The position numbers were made by a program, and so were the translations under genes. Shown piece after piece: positions 12,053-27,700 of a DNA stretch of 64,000 bases. Source of the DNA: Euprymna scolopes (Eukaryota); NCBI GenBank assembly GCA_053919585.1, contig CM132793.1; one strand, given 5' to 3'. Position 1 is the stretch's first letter; each line of letters opens with the position of its first letter. The notes beneath the pieces are model-generated. The model was not told the DNA's origin. It made no database searches and saw only the letters and a program-made list of their open reading frames with translations.

Positions 12053-15000
12053 ATTTCTGATCAAACATACGTTATCACAATTCACTCACAGGTATGATCA
12101 TACATAGTTATCACAATTCACAGGCATTTATGATCATACGTACGTTATAACAATTCACACACATTTATGATCGTGCATACGTTATCACAATTCACACTCA
12201 TTTATGATCATACATACGTTATCAAAATTCAAACACATTTATGGTCACAATTCACACACATTTATTATCATACATACGTTGTCAAAATTCACACACATAT
12301 ATTGTCATACATATGTTAACAAAATTAACACACATTTGTGATCCTACATCCGTCATCACAAAAACGCACATTTATGATCATACTTACGTAATCACAATTC
12401 ACACGCATTTACGATTATACGTACGTTATTACAATTCGCACACCTTCATTATAATACATCCGTTATCACAATTTACAAACATTTATGATATTACATACGT
12501 TATCACAATACCACTTTTTATGATAACACATACGTTCTAATAATTCGTGCACATAAATCATCATACATACCTTATCACTATTCACACACATTTATGATAC
12601 AACATACGTTATACCAATTCACACACATTTATCATCATACATACGTTATCATAACTCACACATTTATGATCATACCTACGTTTCGGCAACTTACACACAT
12701 TCATGGTCATACATAAGCTATCACAATTAATACGTATTTATGATCATACGTACGCTATCACAATTCACACACATTTGTGATAATACATCCGCTATAACGA
12801 TTCACACATTTATGACCATACTTACTTTATCACAATTATCACGCATTAATGATCATACGTACATTATCACAATTCACACATTTTTGATAATACATGCTTT
12901 ATAACAATCAACACACATTCACACACCTTTATAATCTAACTGTTATCAAAATTTACAAACATGTATGATCATACATACGTTATCGCAATCAAAGCACATT
13001 GTTGAGCATACATACGTTATCATAATTCGAACACAAATATAAGCATACGTCCGTTATCACTATTTACACATGTATCATAGTACATACGTTATCACAATTC
13101 AAATGCATTCATGATCATACATACGTTATCACATTTAACCAACACTTATGATCATACACACGTTATCACAACTCACACAGATTAATGACATACATACGTT
13201 ATCACAGTGAAAACTTAATCATGGTAATACGTACGTTATCACAATTCGCCCATATTCATGATAATATATACGTTATCACAATTAACACGCATTTATAAGC
13301 ATACATACGTTATCACATTTTACACACATTTGTGATAATACATACATCCTCACATTTTACATACATTTATGATCATACTTACGTTATCACAATTGACGCA
13401 TATTTATGATCATCCATACGTTATCACAATTTACACACATTTGTGATCATACATACCTTATCACTATTCACACACATTTACAATCATACATACGTTTTGA
13501 CAAATAATACATATTTATTATCATACATTCACACACATTTATGATTATACGAATTTTTTCACAACTGACACACATTCATGATAATGTGTATGTTATCACA
13601 CTTTACACGCATTTGATATCATACATACGTGATCACAATTAACACAAATTTATTAATACAAATTTATCATACTTACGTTATCACTATTCACACACATTAT
13701 GATCATACGTAGGTTATCACAATTCACAGACATTTATGATCATACATACGTTATCACCATACACACTTTTATGATTATTCATACGTTATCACAATTCACA
13801 CCCTTTATAATCACACATTCGTCATCCCAATTCACACTTATTTATGATCATACATACGTTTTCACAATTACCATGATCATACATACTTGTTCTTTATTCG
13901 TACATATCTTAAGTCATGCATACGTTATCACAATTCACACACATTTGTTATCATACATCTGTTGTCACTATTCACACACATTTCTGATCATATATACGTT
14001 ATCAAAATTCAACCACATTTATGATCATGCATATCTTATCACACTTCACAAAATTTATGATCATACCTACGTTATTAAAACTCACATATAATTCTTATCA
14101 CATACATTTATCATCATGCATACGTTATCAAAATTCACACACATTTTTCATCATTCAAACGTCATGACAATTTACACACATTGATGCTCATACATACCTT
14201 ATCAGAATTTAAACACATTAATGATCATATATAAGTTATTACAGTTCTCAGACATTATGATCATGCATACTGTATCGCAATTTACACACATATATGTTTA
14301 TACATACGTTATAACAATTAACACATAGTTATGATAATGATTTCGTTATAAAAATTGTCACACATTTATTTTTATAGATAAGTTATCACAATTCACACAC
14401 ATTTATAAGCGTACATAGTTATTACAATTAACACGCATATAATATCATTCCTCCGTTATCAAATCCACACACATTTATGATCATACGTACGTAAAAGCAA
14501 TTCACACATATTATGGTAATATATACGTGATCACAATTAACACTTTTACGAGTATTCATACATTATCACAATTCACACACCTTTATAATCACACACCCGG
14601 CATCACAATTTACACAATTTATGATCATTCATACGTTATCACACTAACAACACTTTTATACTCATAGATAAGTTATTACAATTCACACTCATTTATGATC
14701 ATGCATTCGTTGTCAACATTTACACACATTTGTCATCATACATACCTAGAAACAATTTACACACAGACGTAAGATCATAATACGTTATCACAATTTACAC
14801 GCATTTATCATCATAAATACGTGATCACAATTAACACACATTTACAGTTATATATGCTTTATTACAATTAGCACCCCTTCATAATATTACGTTCGGTATC
14901 ATAATTTGCACACATTTTTATATTACCTACATTATAACACTTATCAATTATTTATGATAATTCATACGTAATCATAATTTAGATACATATATGCTAATGC

Positions 15001-18000
15001 ATTCGTTATCACACATATTTATAATCATACATACGTTATCACTATTAAAACATTTATGATCATACATTCGTTATAATAATTCGCACACATTCATTACGTT
15101 ATAAAATTCACACGCATTCATGATCATACATACGTTATCAAAATTCGCACACATTCATGATCATACATGCGTTATCACAATACACCCACATTTATGATTA
15201 TATATACATTATCACATTTCACACGCATTGATGATCATACTTACGTTACCACAATTCACACACATTTATGGTCATACATGCGTTTTCAAAATTCACATAC
15301 AAATGTTATTATACATACGTTATCACAAGTCAAACACCTTTATAACCACATATTCCTTTCACAATTATGATAATAAATACCTTATCACATTTCACACACA
15401 TTATCATCATACATACGTTATAACAATGTACACGCATTTATGATCATACATAGTTAATAACAACGAAAACACATCCATGATAATACTTACGTTGTCAAAA
15501 ACCAAACGCATTTGTGATCATATGAACGTTATCACAATAACAGCACATTCATGTGCTATCACAATATACACACACATTTATCATTATACATACGTTATCA
15601 CGAATCATACACTTTATAATCACACATTCGTTATCACAATTTTTACATATGTGTGATCATATATACGTCATAAAAATGGCAGCATATTTATAGTCATACA
15701 TACGTTAAAATAATTCATACACATATATGATAATACATCCGTTATCACAGTTCACACGGGTTCATGATCATGTATACATTATCACTACAAACACATCTAT
15801 GATAATATATACGTTATCATATTTCACAAACATTTACAATCATACATACGTTATCACATTTCATACACATTAATAAACATACATACGTTATCACAATTGG
15901 CACACATTTATGATCATTCCTACGTTATCAAAACTCACACACATTTATGGTCATACAAACGTTATAACAATTCACACTCATTTATGATCATACATACGTT
16001 CTAACAATTCACCCACATTTATAATCATGCATACGTTGTCACAATTCACACACATTTAACATCATACATACGTTATCACAATTCCGACCTATTTATGATA
16101 ACACATACAGTATCACAATTTACACACATTTATGATCATATATACGTTATCAAAATGTACACGCATTTGTGATCACACGTACGTTATAATAATTCACACA
16201 CATTTGTTACAATATATACGTTCTTACAATTAACACACATTCCTGATGATACATACGTTATCACAATTCACATATATTTATGATCATACATACGTCATAA
16301 CAATTTGCACACATCCATGAGCAGGCATATCTTATCACAACTGATACATATTTATGATCATACATACGTGCTCACAGTTCACAAACATTTATGATCATAA
16401 TATTTATTGTTATTTACACACCTTAGTCTTCATACATACGTTATCACAATTGACACATATTTATGATCATGCATACGTTATCAAAAGTCTCACACATTTA
16501 TTTTCATATATACGTTATCACAAGTCACATGCATTTATGATCATACGTACGTAAAAGCAATTCACACATTATGATCATACATATGTGATAACAATTAACA
16601 TTTTTACGAGTATTCATACATTATCACAATTCACACACCCTCATAATCACACATTCGGCATCACAATTTTCACAATTAATGATCATAGATACGTCATCAC
16701 AATAGCCACACATTTATAATCATACATACGTTATCACAATTTCCACACATTTCTGATCATATCTATGCTATCAGATTTACACACATTTATGATCATACAT
16801 ATGTTATGACAGTTAACACTCATTTATTATCATACATTCCTTATCACTATTTAAACACATTTGTCATCAAACATACGTTATTACAATTTTCACACACTTA
16901 TGATCATACATGTGTTATCACAATTCACACATATTTATTATCATATATACCTAATCACAATTCACTCACATTTATAATACTGCATACGTTATCACAATTA
17001 ACACGCATTTATGGTCATATATACGTTATCAAAATTCACAAACATTTATGATCGTATATACGTTATTAAAATTCTAACACATTTATGAGTATACATACGT
17101 TATCACAATTCACACGCAGATTCGATTATATATACGTCATCACAATTAATTATAATACGTTCGTTATCACAGTGTGGACACATTTATGATCATGCATACG
17201 TTATAACAATTACCATTTATTTATAATATATATGTTATCATAATTCAGGCATATATATGATCATACATACCTATCACAATTCACATACATTTATGATCAT
17301 ATATAGGTTATAACTATTCACACACATTTATGATCATACATACCTTGTAAAAATCTGCACACATTTATGTTCATGCATACGTCATAAAAATTCCCCCACA
17401 GTTATTTCATACGTACGTTTTCACAATTCACGCACATTTATGATTATACATGCGATATCACAATTTACACACATTTATGATTATACATACGTTTTAACAT
17501 TTCATAAGCATTTATGATCATACGTACGTTATCACAATTCACACATAATTATGTTATATATGCGTTATCAAAATTCGCAGACATTTATGATTATACATAC
17601 GTTATCATAAGTCACACCCCTATATAACCATATATTGTTTCTTACATTTGTGATCATCCATACGTTATTACAATTCATACACATTTATTATCATGCATGC
17701 CTGATAAAAATTTGCACACATTTATCATCATACACACGTAATAAAAATGTACATTAATTTATAATCATACGTACGTTATAACAATTCACACACATTTTGA
17801 TCATTGATATGTAATGTCAATTTATATACATTCATGATATTACTTATTTATGATCATACATACGTTATCACAACTTACACGCATTCCTGATAATACATAC
17901 ACGCATTTGTTGTCATACGTACCTTATAACAATTCACACACATTTGTTATCATAAATACCTTATAACAATTCATGCACATTTATGATTATACTTACGTTT

Positions 18001-18575
18001 TTATCATTTATTTATGATCATACGTATGTTATATCAATTCACACGTATTTATGATCATATATACGTTATCACACATCAGATTTTACGGTTATTCATATGT
18101 TATCACAATTCACACATTCGTTATCACAATTGACACATATTTATGATCACACATACGTTATCACAATTCACACACACTTCACACACATTTATAATCATAC
18201 CAATCTTATCTCAATTCAGACACATTTATGATCTTATATACGTTTCTACTATCCACACTCATTTATGATCATACGTACATTATCACAATTCACACTTATT
18301 TATGATCATACATATGTTATCACAATTCACACACATTTAGGACCATACATGCGTTATCACACTTTAAACACATTAATGTTCATACATATGTCATCACTAT
18401 TTACACACATTTTTGATAATGCATACGTTATCACAATTCACACACATTTATAATCATATATTTATAACAATTAACAAATATTTATTATCATACATTCGTT
18501 ATAAAAATGCACGCACATTTATGATAAAAGATACGTTATCACAATTCACACACATTTATAATGATACATAGTTAT
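12053..18575 (+). repeat. 37-bp satellite array, left arm (roughly 175 monomers by length)
   Basis: Consensus TATGATCATACATACGTTATCACAATTCACACACATT repeated head-to-tail, typically several substitutions per monomer and occasional indels. Confidence 0.98.
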
Positions 18576-18695
18576 TTGCTTATTACTGATAGTTTATTAT
18601 ATTGCACACCATATATGGTAGTTATTTTATTAATGTTTTAATATATGATCGTCTAGAATCGAAAACAAATTATCTAGATCTCCGGTGTTATTCTG

Positions 18696-18698
<3 letters not shown>

Positions 18699-18746
<48 letters not shown>
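18699..18746. repeat. (AT)24 microsatellite at the satellite orientation switch
   Basis: Direct reading. Confidence 0.98.
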
Positions 18747-18749
<3 letters not shown>

Positions 18750-21700
18750 TATAAATATGTGTGATATGTTAAAACATATATATGATAATAACTATGTGCG
18801 AATTGTGATAACGTACGTATTATCATAAAAGCGTGCTAAATGTTATAACGTAAGTATTATCATAACTGTGTGTGAATCGTGATGAAGAATGTATGATCAC
18901 AAATGTGTGTGAATTGTAATAACGTACGTATGAGCATAAATTTGTGTGAATTTAGATGACGTATGTATGATGATAAATGTATATTAATTGTGATTATGTA
19001 TTTATTGTATATTCGTGTAAATCACTTATGAAGGATACTAAATATATGTGAATTTTGATTACGTATGTATGATCATAAATGTGTGTTAATTTTGAAAACG
19101 TATGTATGATGATAAATGTGTCTGAATTGTGATAACGTATAAAAGAGGAAAATATGTGAGAATTGTGATAACGTATGATTAATGATAAATGTGTGTCAAT
19201 TGTTATAACATTTGTATGATCATAAATTTGTGTGAATAGAAATGACGTATGTATGAGCATAAATGTGTGTTAATTGTGATAACATATGTATTATTATTAA
19301 TGTGTGTGAATAGTGATACCGTATGCATGATCATAGATGTGTGCACATGGTGATAGCGTATGTATGATTATAAATGTGTAGTAATTGTAATAACGTATAT
19401 ATGATCATAAAATTGTGTAAATTCTGATAACAAATGTATGATCAGAAAGGTGAGTTAATTGTGATAACTTACGTGCGATCACAAATATGTGTCAATTTGA
19501 TAACGTATATATGATGATAAATGCGTGTTAATTGTGATAACGTATGTATGATAATAAATGTGCGTTAATTGTGATAATGCATGTATTATATATTTGTGTA
19601 AATCACTTATGAAGGATACTAAATATGTGTAATTTGTTATTACGTATGTATGGTCATAAATATGTGTTAATTTTGATAACGTATGTATGATGGTAAAGGG
19701 GGCTATATTGTGATAACGTATAAAAGAGGAAAATGTGTGAGAAGTGTCATAACGTACGATTAATGATAAATGTTTTCAATTGTTATAACGTATTTATGAT
19801 CATAAATTTGTGTGAATAGAGATAAGGGATGTATGATGACAAATGTGTGTTAATTGTGATAGCGCATGTATTATTATAATTGTGTGTGAATAGTGATAAT
19901 GTATGCATGATCATACACGTGTGTACATTATGATAGCTTATGTATGATCATAAATGTGTAGTAATTGTAATAACGTATATATGATCATACAATTGTGTAA
20001 ATTCTGATAACAAATGTATGATCAGAGAGGTGAGTGAATTGTGATAACGTATGATCATAAATATGTGCTAATTTCGATAACGTATATATGATGATAAATA
20101 TGTGGGAATTGTGATAACGTATGTATGATTATAAATGTGTGGGCGTGTGATAACGTACGTATAACAATAAATGTGTGTGAATTGTTATAACATATGTATG
20201 ATCATAAATGTGTGTGAGTCGAGATGACGTATGTATTATTGTAAATGTATGTGAATTGTGATAAAGTTTGTATGATAATAAATGTGTGTGAATGGTGATA
20301 ACGTGTGTATGATCATAAATGTGTTTGAGTAGTGATACCGTATGCATGATCATATCTGTGAATTGTGATAACGTAAATATTATAATGAATGTGAGTGAAT
20401 AGTGATAACGTGTGTATGATTATAAATATTCGTGCTTATTGATAACGTATGTATGATCATAAATATGTGTGAATTGTGATAATTTATGTATGATCATAAA
20501 TGTGTGTAAATAGTTATAACGTTTTTATGATCAGAGATGTGTGCGAATTGTGATGTAGTACGTATGATCATATATGTGTGCGAATTATGATAACGTATGT
20601 ATGATCATAAATGTGTGAAAATTGTGATAACGAATGTATGATAAAAATATGTGTGAATTGTGATAACATAAGTATAACCATGAATGTGTGTAAATTGTGA
20701 AACCGTTCGTATAATCCAAAATGCACTGTATTGGGTAAACATAAGACTGATCATCAATGTGTGAGAATTGTGAGAACGTATATATGATCACAAATCTATG
20801 TGAATGTTGATAACGTATGTATGACAATAAATGTATATGCATTGTGATAACATATATATGATCATAAATGTGAATTGTGATAAAGCATGTATGATTATAA
20901 ACGTGTGTGAATTGTGATAACGTATGTATTTTTTAAGGGTTTTGCGAATTTTCATAACGAATGTATGATCATAAATATGTGTTGTGTGATGAAACATGTA
21001 TAATAATAAATGTGTGTAATTTTTATACGATATTTATAATCATTGATATGCGTAAAATTTGATAGCGTATGTATAATCATAAATTGTTGTGAATTGTGAT
21101 AACGTACGTATGATCATAATTGTGTGATTATTATAACTTATGTATGATGATACATTTGTGTCAACGTATATATAATGATAGTGTCTGCGAATTCCGATAA
21201 CATATGTATTATAAATGTGTGTTGATAGTGATAACGTATGTATGATCATAAATGTGTGTGAATTGTGATAATGTATGTATGGTCATTTATGTCTTTTAAT
21301 TATGATAACATATATATAATCATACATACGTGTGAATTTTGATAACGGATAATGAATAGAAAGATTACTGAATTGGGATGACGTATATATTGTCGTAAAC
21401 GTGTGTGAAATTGTGATAAAGTATATATGGTCATAAACGTGTGTAAATTGTAATAACGTAATAATGTTTGTTAATTGTGATAACGTATGAATAATCATAA
21501 ATGTGTGTAAATTGTGATGACGTACGTATGATCGCAAATGAGTGTGAATAGTGATAACGCATACATGATCGTAAATATGTGTGAGTTTGATAACGTATCA
21601 CCATAAATATGTGTAAATTGGTATCACGTAGATATGATTATAAATGTGTGTGCATTTTTATACTGTGTGCATGATGATTAATATGTGTGAATTTTGATAA

Positions 21701-24700
21701 CATATGTTGATTATAAATGTGTGCGAATTGTGATAACGTGTGATGATCATAAATATATGAGAGTTTTTATAATGTACGTATGATAATAAATGTGTATGAA
21801 TATTGTTAACGTCTGCATGACAGTAGTGTAAATTTTGATAAAGTATGTATGATCATATATTTGAGCGAATTAGTGTAACGTACGGGTAATCATAAATTTG
21901 TGGTATTTGTGATAATGTATGTATGAGCACAAATGTGTGTCAGTTGTGATGACGAGTGCGTGATTATAAAGGTGTGTGAGTTTTTATAACATATGAATAA
22001 TCGTATAAGTGTGAGTTGTGATAACGTATGTATGATCATAAATGTGTGTAAATGTTATCGAAAATGCGTGTAAATTTTGACAATGCATGTATGATCATGA
22101 ATGTGTGTCAGTTGTGATAAAGTAGGTATTATCACCAATGTGTGTGAATTGTAATAACGTAGGTATTATAACCCATGTGTGTGAATTGTGATAACGTATT
22201 TATGATCATAAATGTGTATGAATAGTGATAAGGTATGTGGGATCATAAATGTGTGTAAATTGTGATAACGTATGAATGATAATATATGTGCGCGAATTAT
22301 GAGAACGTATGTATAATCATAAATAAGTTACAATTGTGATAACATATGTATGATTATAAATGTGTGTGAATTGTGATAACGTATGTATGACTATAAATTG
22401 TGTGAATTGTAAAAACGTATTTATGATAAAAATGTGTGAATTGTGATAAAGTATGCATGATCATGAACGTGTGAGAATCCTGATTGCATATATGAGATTA
22501 TAAATATGTGTCAATTGTGATAACGCATTTACTATAATAAATGTGTGTGAATTGTTGTCACCTATGTATGATCATAACTGTCTGTAAATTGTGATAAATA
22601 TGTATAACATTAAATGTGTGTGATTTATGGTAACGTATGTATGATCATAAATGTGTGTGAATTTCGATAACGAATATATTATCATAAATATGTGTGAATT
22701 GAGATAACGTATGTATGAAACAAATGTGTGTAAATGTTTATAACGAACGTATGATCATAAATATCAGTAAATGTCTGTAACGTATGTATGATCATACATG
22801 TGTGTAAAGTGTGATAGTGTATGTATGATCATTAATTTGTGTTAATTGAGAAATCGTATACATGCTCTTAAACGTGCGGTTATTTTGATAAGATATGTAT
22901 GACCATGGATGTGTGTGAGTTTTGATAACGTAAGTATGACCACAAATATGTGCCAATCATGATAACGTACGCATGCTCATAAATGTGTGTGAGTTGTGAT
23001 AACAGATGTATGATGATAAATGTGGTAATTTTGATAACGTATTTTATGATGATAAATATGTGTGAATTTTTATGTCGTATGTATGATTATAAATGTGTAT
23101 GAATAGTGATTACTATGTATGACTATAAATGTGCGTGAATTGTTATAACGTATTTATGATCCTCTATAATTGTGATAATTTGTGTACGAGCATAAATGTG
23201 TAGTAATTGTGATAATGCAGGGAATATCATAAAATTGTGTAAATTGTGATAACGAATGTATAATCAGAAAGGTGAATGAATTGTGATAGCGTATGAATAA
23301 TTTTCAATATGTGTGAATTGTGATAAAGTATGTATGATCATAAATGTGAGCAAATTATGATAACGTGTGTATGATTATAAACGCGTGTAAATGTTGAGCA
23401 CATACTTATGATCATAAATGCGTGTTAATTTTGATAACTTTAGCATGATCATAAATGTTTGTGCGTTGAGATAACTTATGTATGATCATAAACGTCTGTT
23501 ACTTGTGATTACGTGTGTATGGCATATGAATGTCTGTGAATTTTGATAACGTATGTACGATTATAAATATGTGTGGTTAGTGATAATGTATGTATGATAG
23601 TAAATGTGTGTAGAAAAGTAATAACGTATGTATGATTATACATGTGTTTGAATTGTGATAAGGAATGTATAGTAATGAATGTGTGTAAAAGGTGATAGCG
23701 TATGTATTATAATAAATGGGTGTCAATTGCGATAACGTATGTATGATCACAAAAGTGTTTACATTGATATAATGAATGTATTATACTAAATGGGTGTTAA
23801 TTGTTATAGCATAGGTATGGTCATAAATGTCTGTAAATTGTGATAACGTATGAAGGATTATAAAAGAGTATATATTGTGACGATGTCTGTACGATCAAAA
23901 ATATGTGTAAATTTGTATAATGTACGTATGATAATAAATGTGTGCGAAATGTGATAACGTATGCATGCTAATAAATGTGTTTTAATTGTGATTACATATG
24001 TATGATGATAAATGTGTGGGAATTATTATCACGTATTTATTACCATAACGATGTGTGCATAGTGATATGTTATGAATGATAATAAATCTGTGCAAATTAT
24101 GATAACGTATATATGATCAGACATGTTCGTAACTTGTGAGTAAAATCTATGATCTTAAATGTGTGTGACTTGTGATAACGTTAGAAATATCATAAATATT
24201 TGTAAATTGTGGCAACGTATGTATGATCATAAATGTGTGTAAAATGCGATCACGTATGTATTATCACGTATGTATTATCATAAACGTGTGTTTATTGTGA
24301 TGACGTATGTATAATCATGAATATATGTAAATTGTAGTAAGGTATTTATTAAAATTAATGTGTGATTTTTGTGATAACGAACAATTGATCTGAAATATGT
24401 GTGAATTTTGATAACGTATGCATGATTATAAATATGTGTGAATTGTGATAACGGATGTATGATTATAAATGTGTGTGAATTGTTATGACGTAGTTATGAT
24501 TAATATATCTGCGAATTATGATGGCGTGTGCACGATCATGAATGTGTAGTAATTGTGATAATGTATGTATGATCATAAAATCGTGTAAATTGTGATAACG
24601 AATGTATGATCAGAACGGTGAGTGAATTGTGATAGCGTATGAATAATTGTAAATGTGTGTGAATTGTAATAAAGTATGTATGATCATAAATGTTTTGAAT

Positions 24701-27700
24701 TGTTATAACGTATATATGATCATAAATGTTTTGGAATTGTGACATCGTATGTATGGCAATAAATGTGTGTGAATTCTGATGACGTATGTATGATCTTAAA
24801 TATGTGTAACTTGTGATAACGTATGTATGATCATAAATGCGTTTGAATTGTGATAACTCTGTATGATCATTAATGTTTGTTAATTGTGATGACATATGTA
24901 TGATCATAAATAAGTGTGAATGTTGATAACGGATATATGATCATGAATATATGTACATCGTTATAACGTATGTATTATCACCAATGTGAGTAAATAGTGA
25001 TAACAAATGTATGATCATAAATGTGGGTGGATTGTGATAACGTATGAATGATCATGAATTTGTGTTAAGTGTGAGGACGCATTAATTATAATATATGTGT
25101 GTAAAATATGATGACGTATGTGTCCTTATAATTGTGTCTAAATTGTGATACAGTATGTATCATTATACATGGGGGTTAATTGTGATAACGTATGTACACT
25201 CATAAATGTGTGTGAAATTTGATAAGGTATGTATGATCATAAATCAGTGTTAATTGTGATAACATATGTATGATCATATAATATGTAAAAACTGTGATAT
25301 CGTATGTATTATTATATCGCAAATGTGTATGAATTGTGAAAAGTATGTATGATGATAAATGTGTGTTAATTGTGATAAAGTATATATGATAATAAATGTG
25401 TGTAAATTGTGTATGATCATAAATCTGTGATAACGTATGTATTATACTTAATTCATGTCAATTGTGATAACGTATGTATATTCATATTTGTGTGCGAATT
25501 ATGATAATGTGTTAATAATAAGCGAATTGTAATTGTGATAACGTATGTATGATCATAAATGCGTGTAATTTTTAGAACGAATGTATGATCCAAATGTGTG
25601 TGAATTGGGATAACGTGCGTATAATGGTAAATATGTGTGAATTGTTGAAAAGTATGTATGATCATAAATGTGTGTTAATTGTGGTAACAGATGTATGATC
25701 TAAAATGTTTGTTAATTGCGATGACGTAAATACGATAATAAACGCGTGCGAATTGTGAAAACATACGTATGATCATAATTTACACACATAGTGTGAGCTG
25801 TGATAACGTAGGTATCATCGCAAAGTTGTGTGAATTATTATAACGTATGTATTATCATAAATATGCGTGAGTTGTGATAAAGTTGGTATGATCATAAATG
25901 TGTGTGCATTGTGATAACGTATGTATGATCATGAATGTTTTGAATGGTGATATTTTGTGTATAATGATAAATGTGTTTGAATTGTGATAACTATGTATTA
26001 TGATAATGTGTAAATTGAGATAACTTATGTATTATAACAAATACGTGTGATAAGTTATAAAGTATGTATGACCATAAATATGTGTTAATTGCGATAACGT
26101 ATATATATGACCGCGTGTATGTGTGAAATATGATAACGTATGTATGATCATAAATGTTTGTGACTTGTAAAAGGAATGTATGAAGATAACTATGTCTGAA
26201 TTGTGATAACCTACGTATGCTCAAAAGTATACGTTAAGTGTGATGACGTATGGAAGATCACAAATGAGTGTACTTTTTGAAAACGAATATATGATCATAA
26301 ATGAGTGTGAATTGTTATAATATATGTATGATCATGGATGTGTGTAATTTGTGATAACGTATGTATTAACATCAATGTGTGTAAAATTTGACGATGTCTG
26401 TATAAACTGAAATATGTGTGAATTGTGATAAAATATTTATGAAAATAAATGTGTGTGAAGTGTGATAACGTACGTATCATCATAAATGTGTGGGAATTGT
26501 AATAACGGACGTATTATCCTAAATGCGTGTGAATTGTTATATCGTTCGTATGATCAGAAATATACGTGAATTGTTATTACGTAGGTATTATCAAAATGTC
26601 TGTGAATTTTCATAACGTAAGTATGATCATGCATACGTCTAAAATGTATGTAGGATCATAAATATGGGCGAGTTGTTATAAATATGTATGGTCATAAATA
26701 TGGGTGAACTGATCACGTATATATGATGATATATGTGTCTAAATGTTGATAACCTATGTATGATGATAAATATGTGTGACTAGTTATAACGTAGGTATGA
26801 TCATAAATGTGTAAGAATTGGGATGATGTATGTATGATCATATATGTGTGCGAATTATAATTACGTATGTATTACCATATATGTGTAGTTTTCCGGATAA
26901 CGTATGTATTATGATAAATGTGTATAAATTGTGATAACAAATGTATGATCATAAAGTTGTGTGAATTGTTATTACGTATTTATGATCGTAAATGTATGTG
27001 AATTGTGATAATGCATGTATGATAATAAATGTGCGTGAATTGTGATAACGTACCTATGATCCGAAACGAGTGTGCATTGTAGAAAACGATCATAAATGTG
27101 TGGGATTGTGATAACGTAGGACTGATCATAAATGTGTGTGATTTGTTATAACGTATATATGATCATAAATGTGTGTGAATTGTGATAATGTACGTATGAT
27201 AATAACTGCGTGTGAATTATTGTATGATAATTAATGTGTGTGAATTTTTGTAATGTCTCTATGAACATAAATACGTGTAAATTTTAGTTATGAATGTATG
27301 CTCATAAATATGCATGAATTGTGACCATGTATGTATTATTATCAATGTGTGTGAATTGTGATTGCGTATTTATGATTACAAATGTGTGTAAATTGAGATA
27401 AAGGATGTATGATAGGAAATGTGTGCTAATTGTTACACCGTAAATATATATAAATTGTGATAACGTATCTACAATCATAAACATATGTAAATTGTGATGC
27501 TGTATGTATGATCATAAATATGTGGAATGGTGATAACATCTGTATGATCATACATGCGTGTTAATGTTTATAACGTATATATGATTACAAATGTGTGAAT
27601 TTTGATACCCTACATCTGATAATAAATTAGTGTAAATTGTGGAAACGTATGTATAATCGTAAATGTGTGTGAATTGTAGTTACGTATGTATGATGATAAA

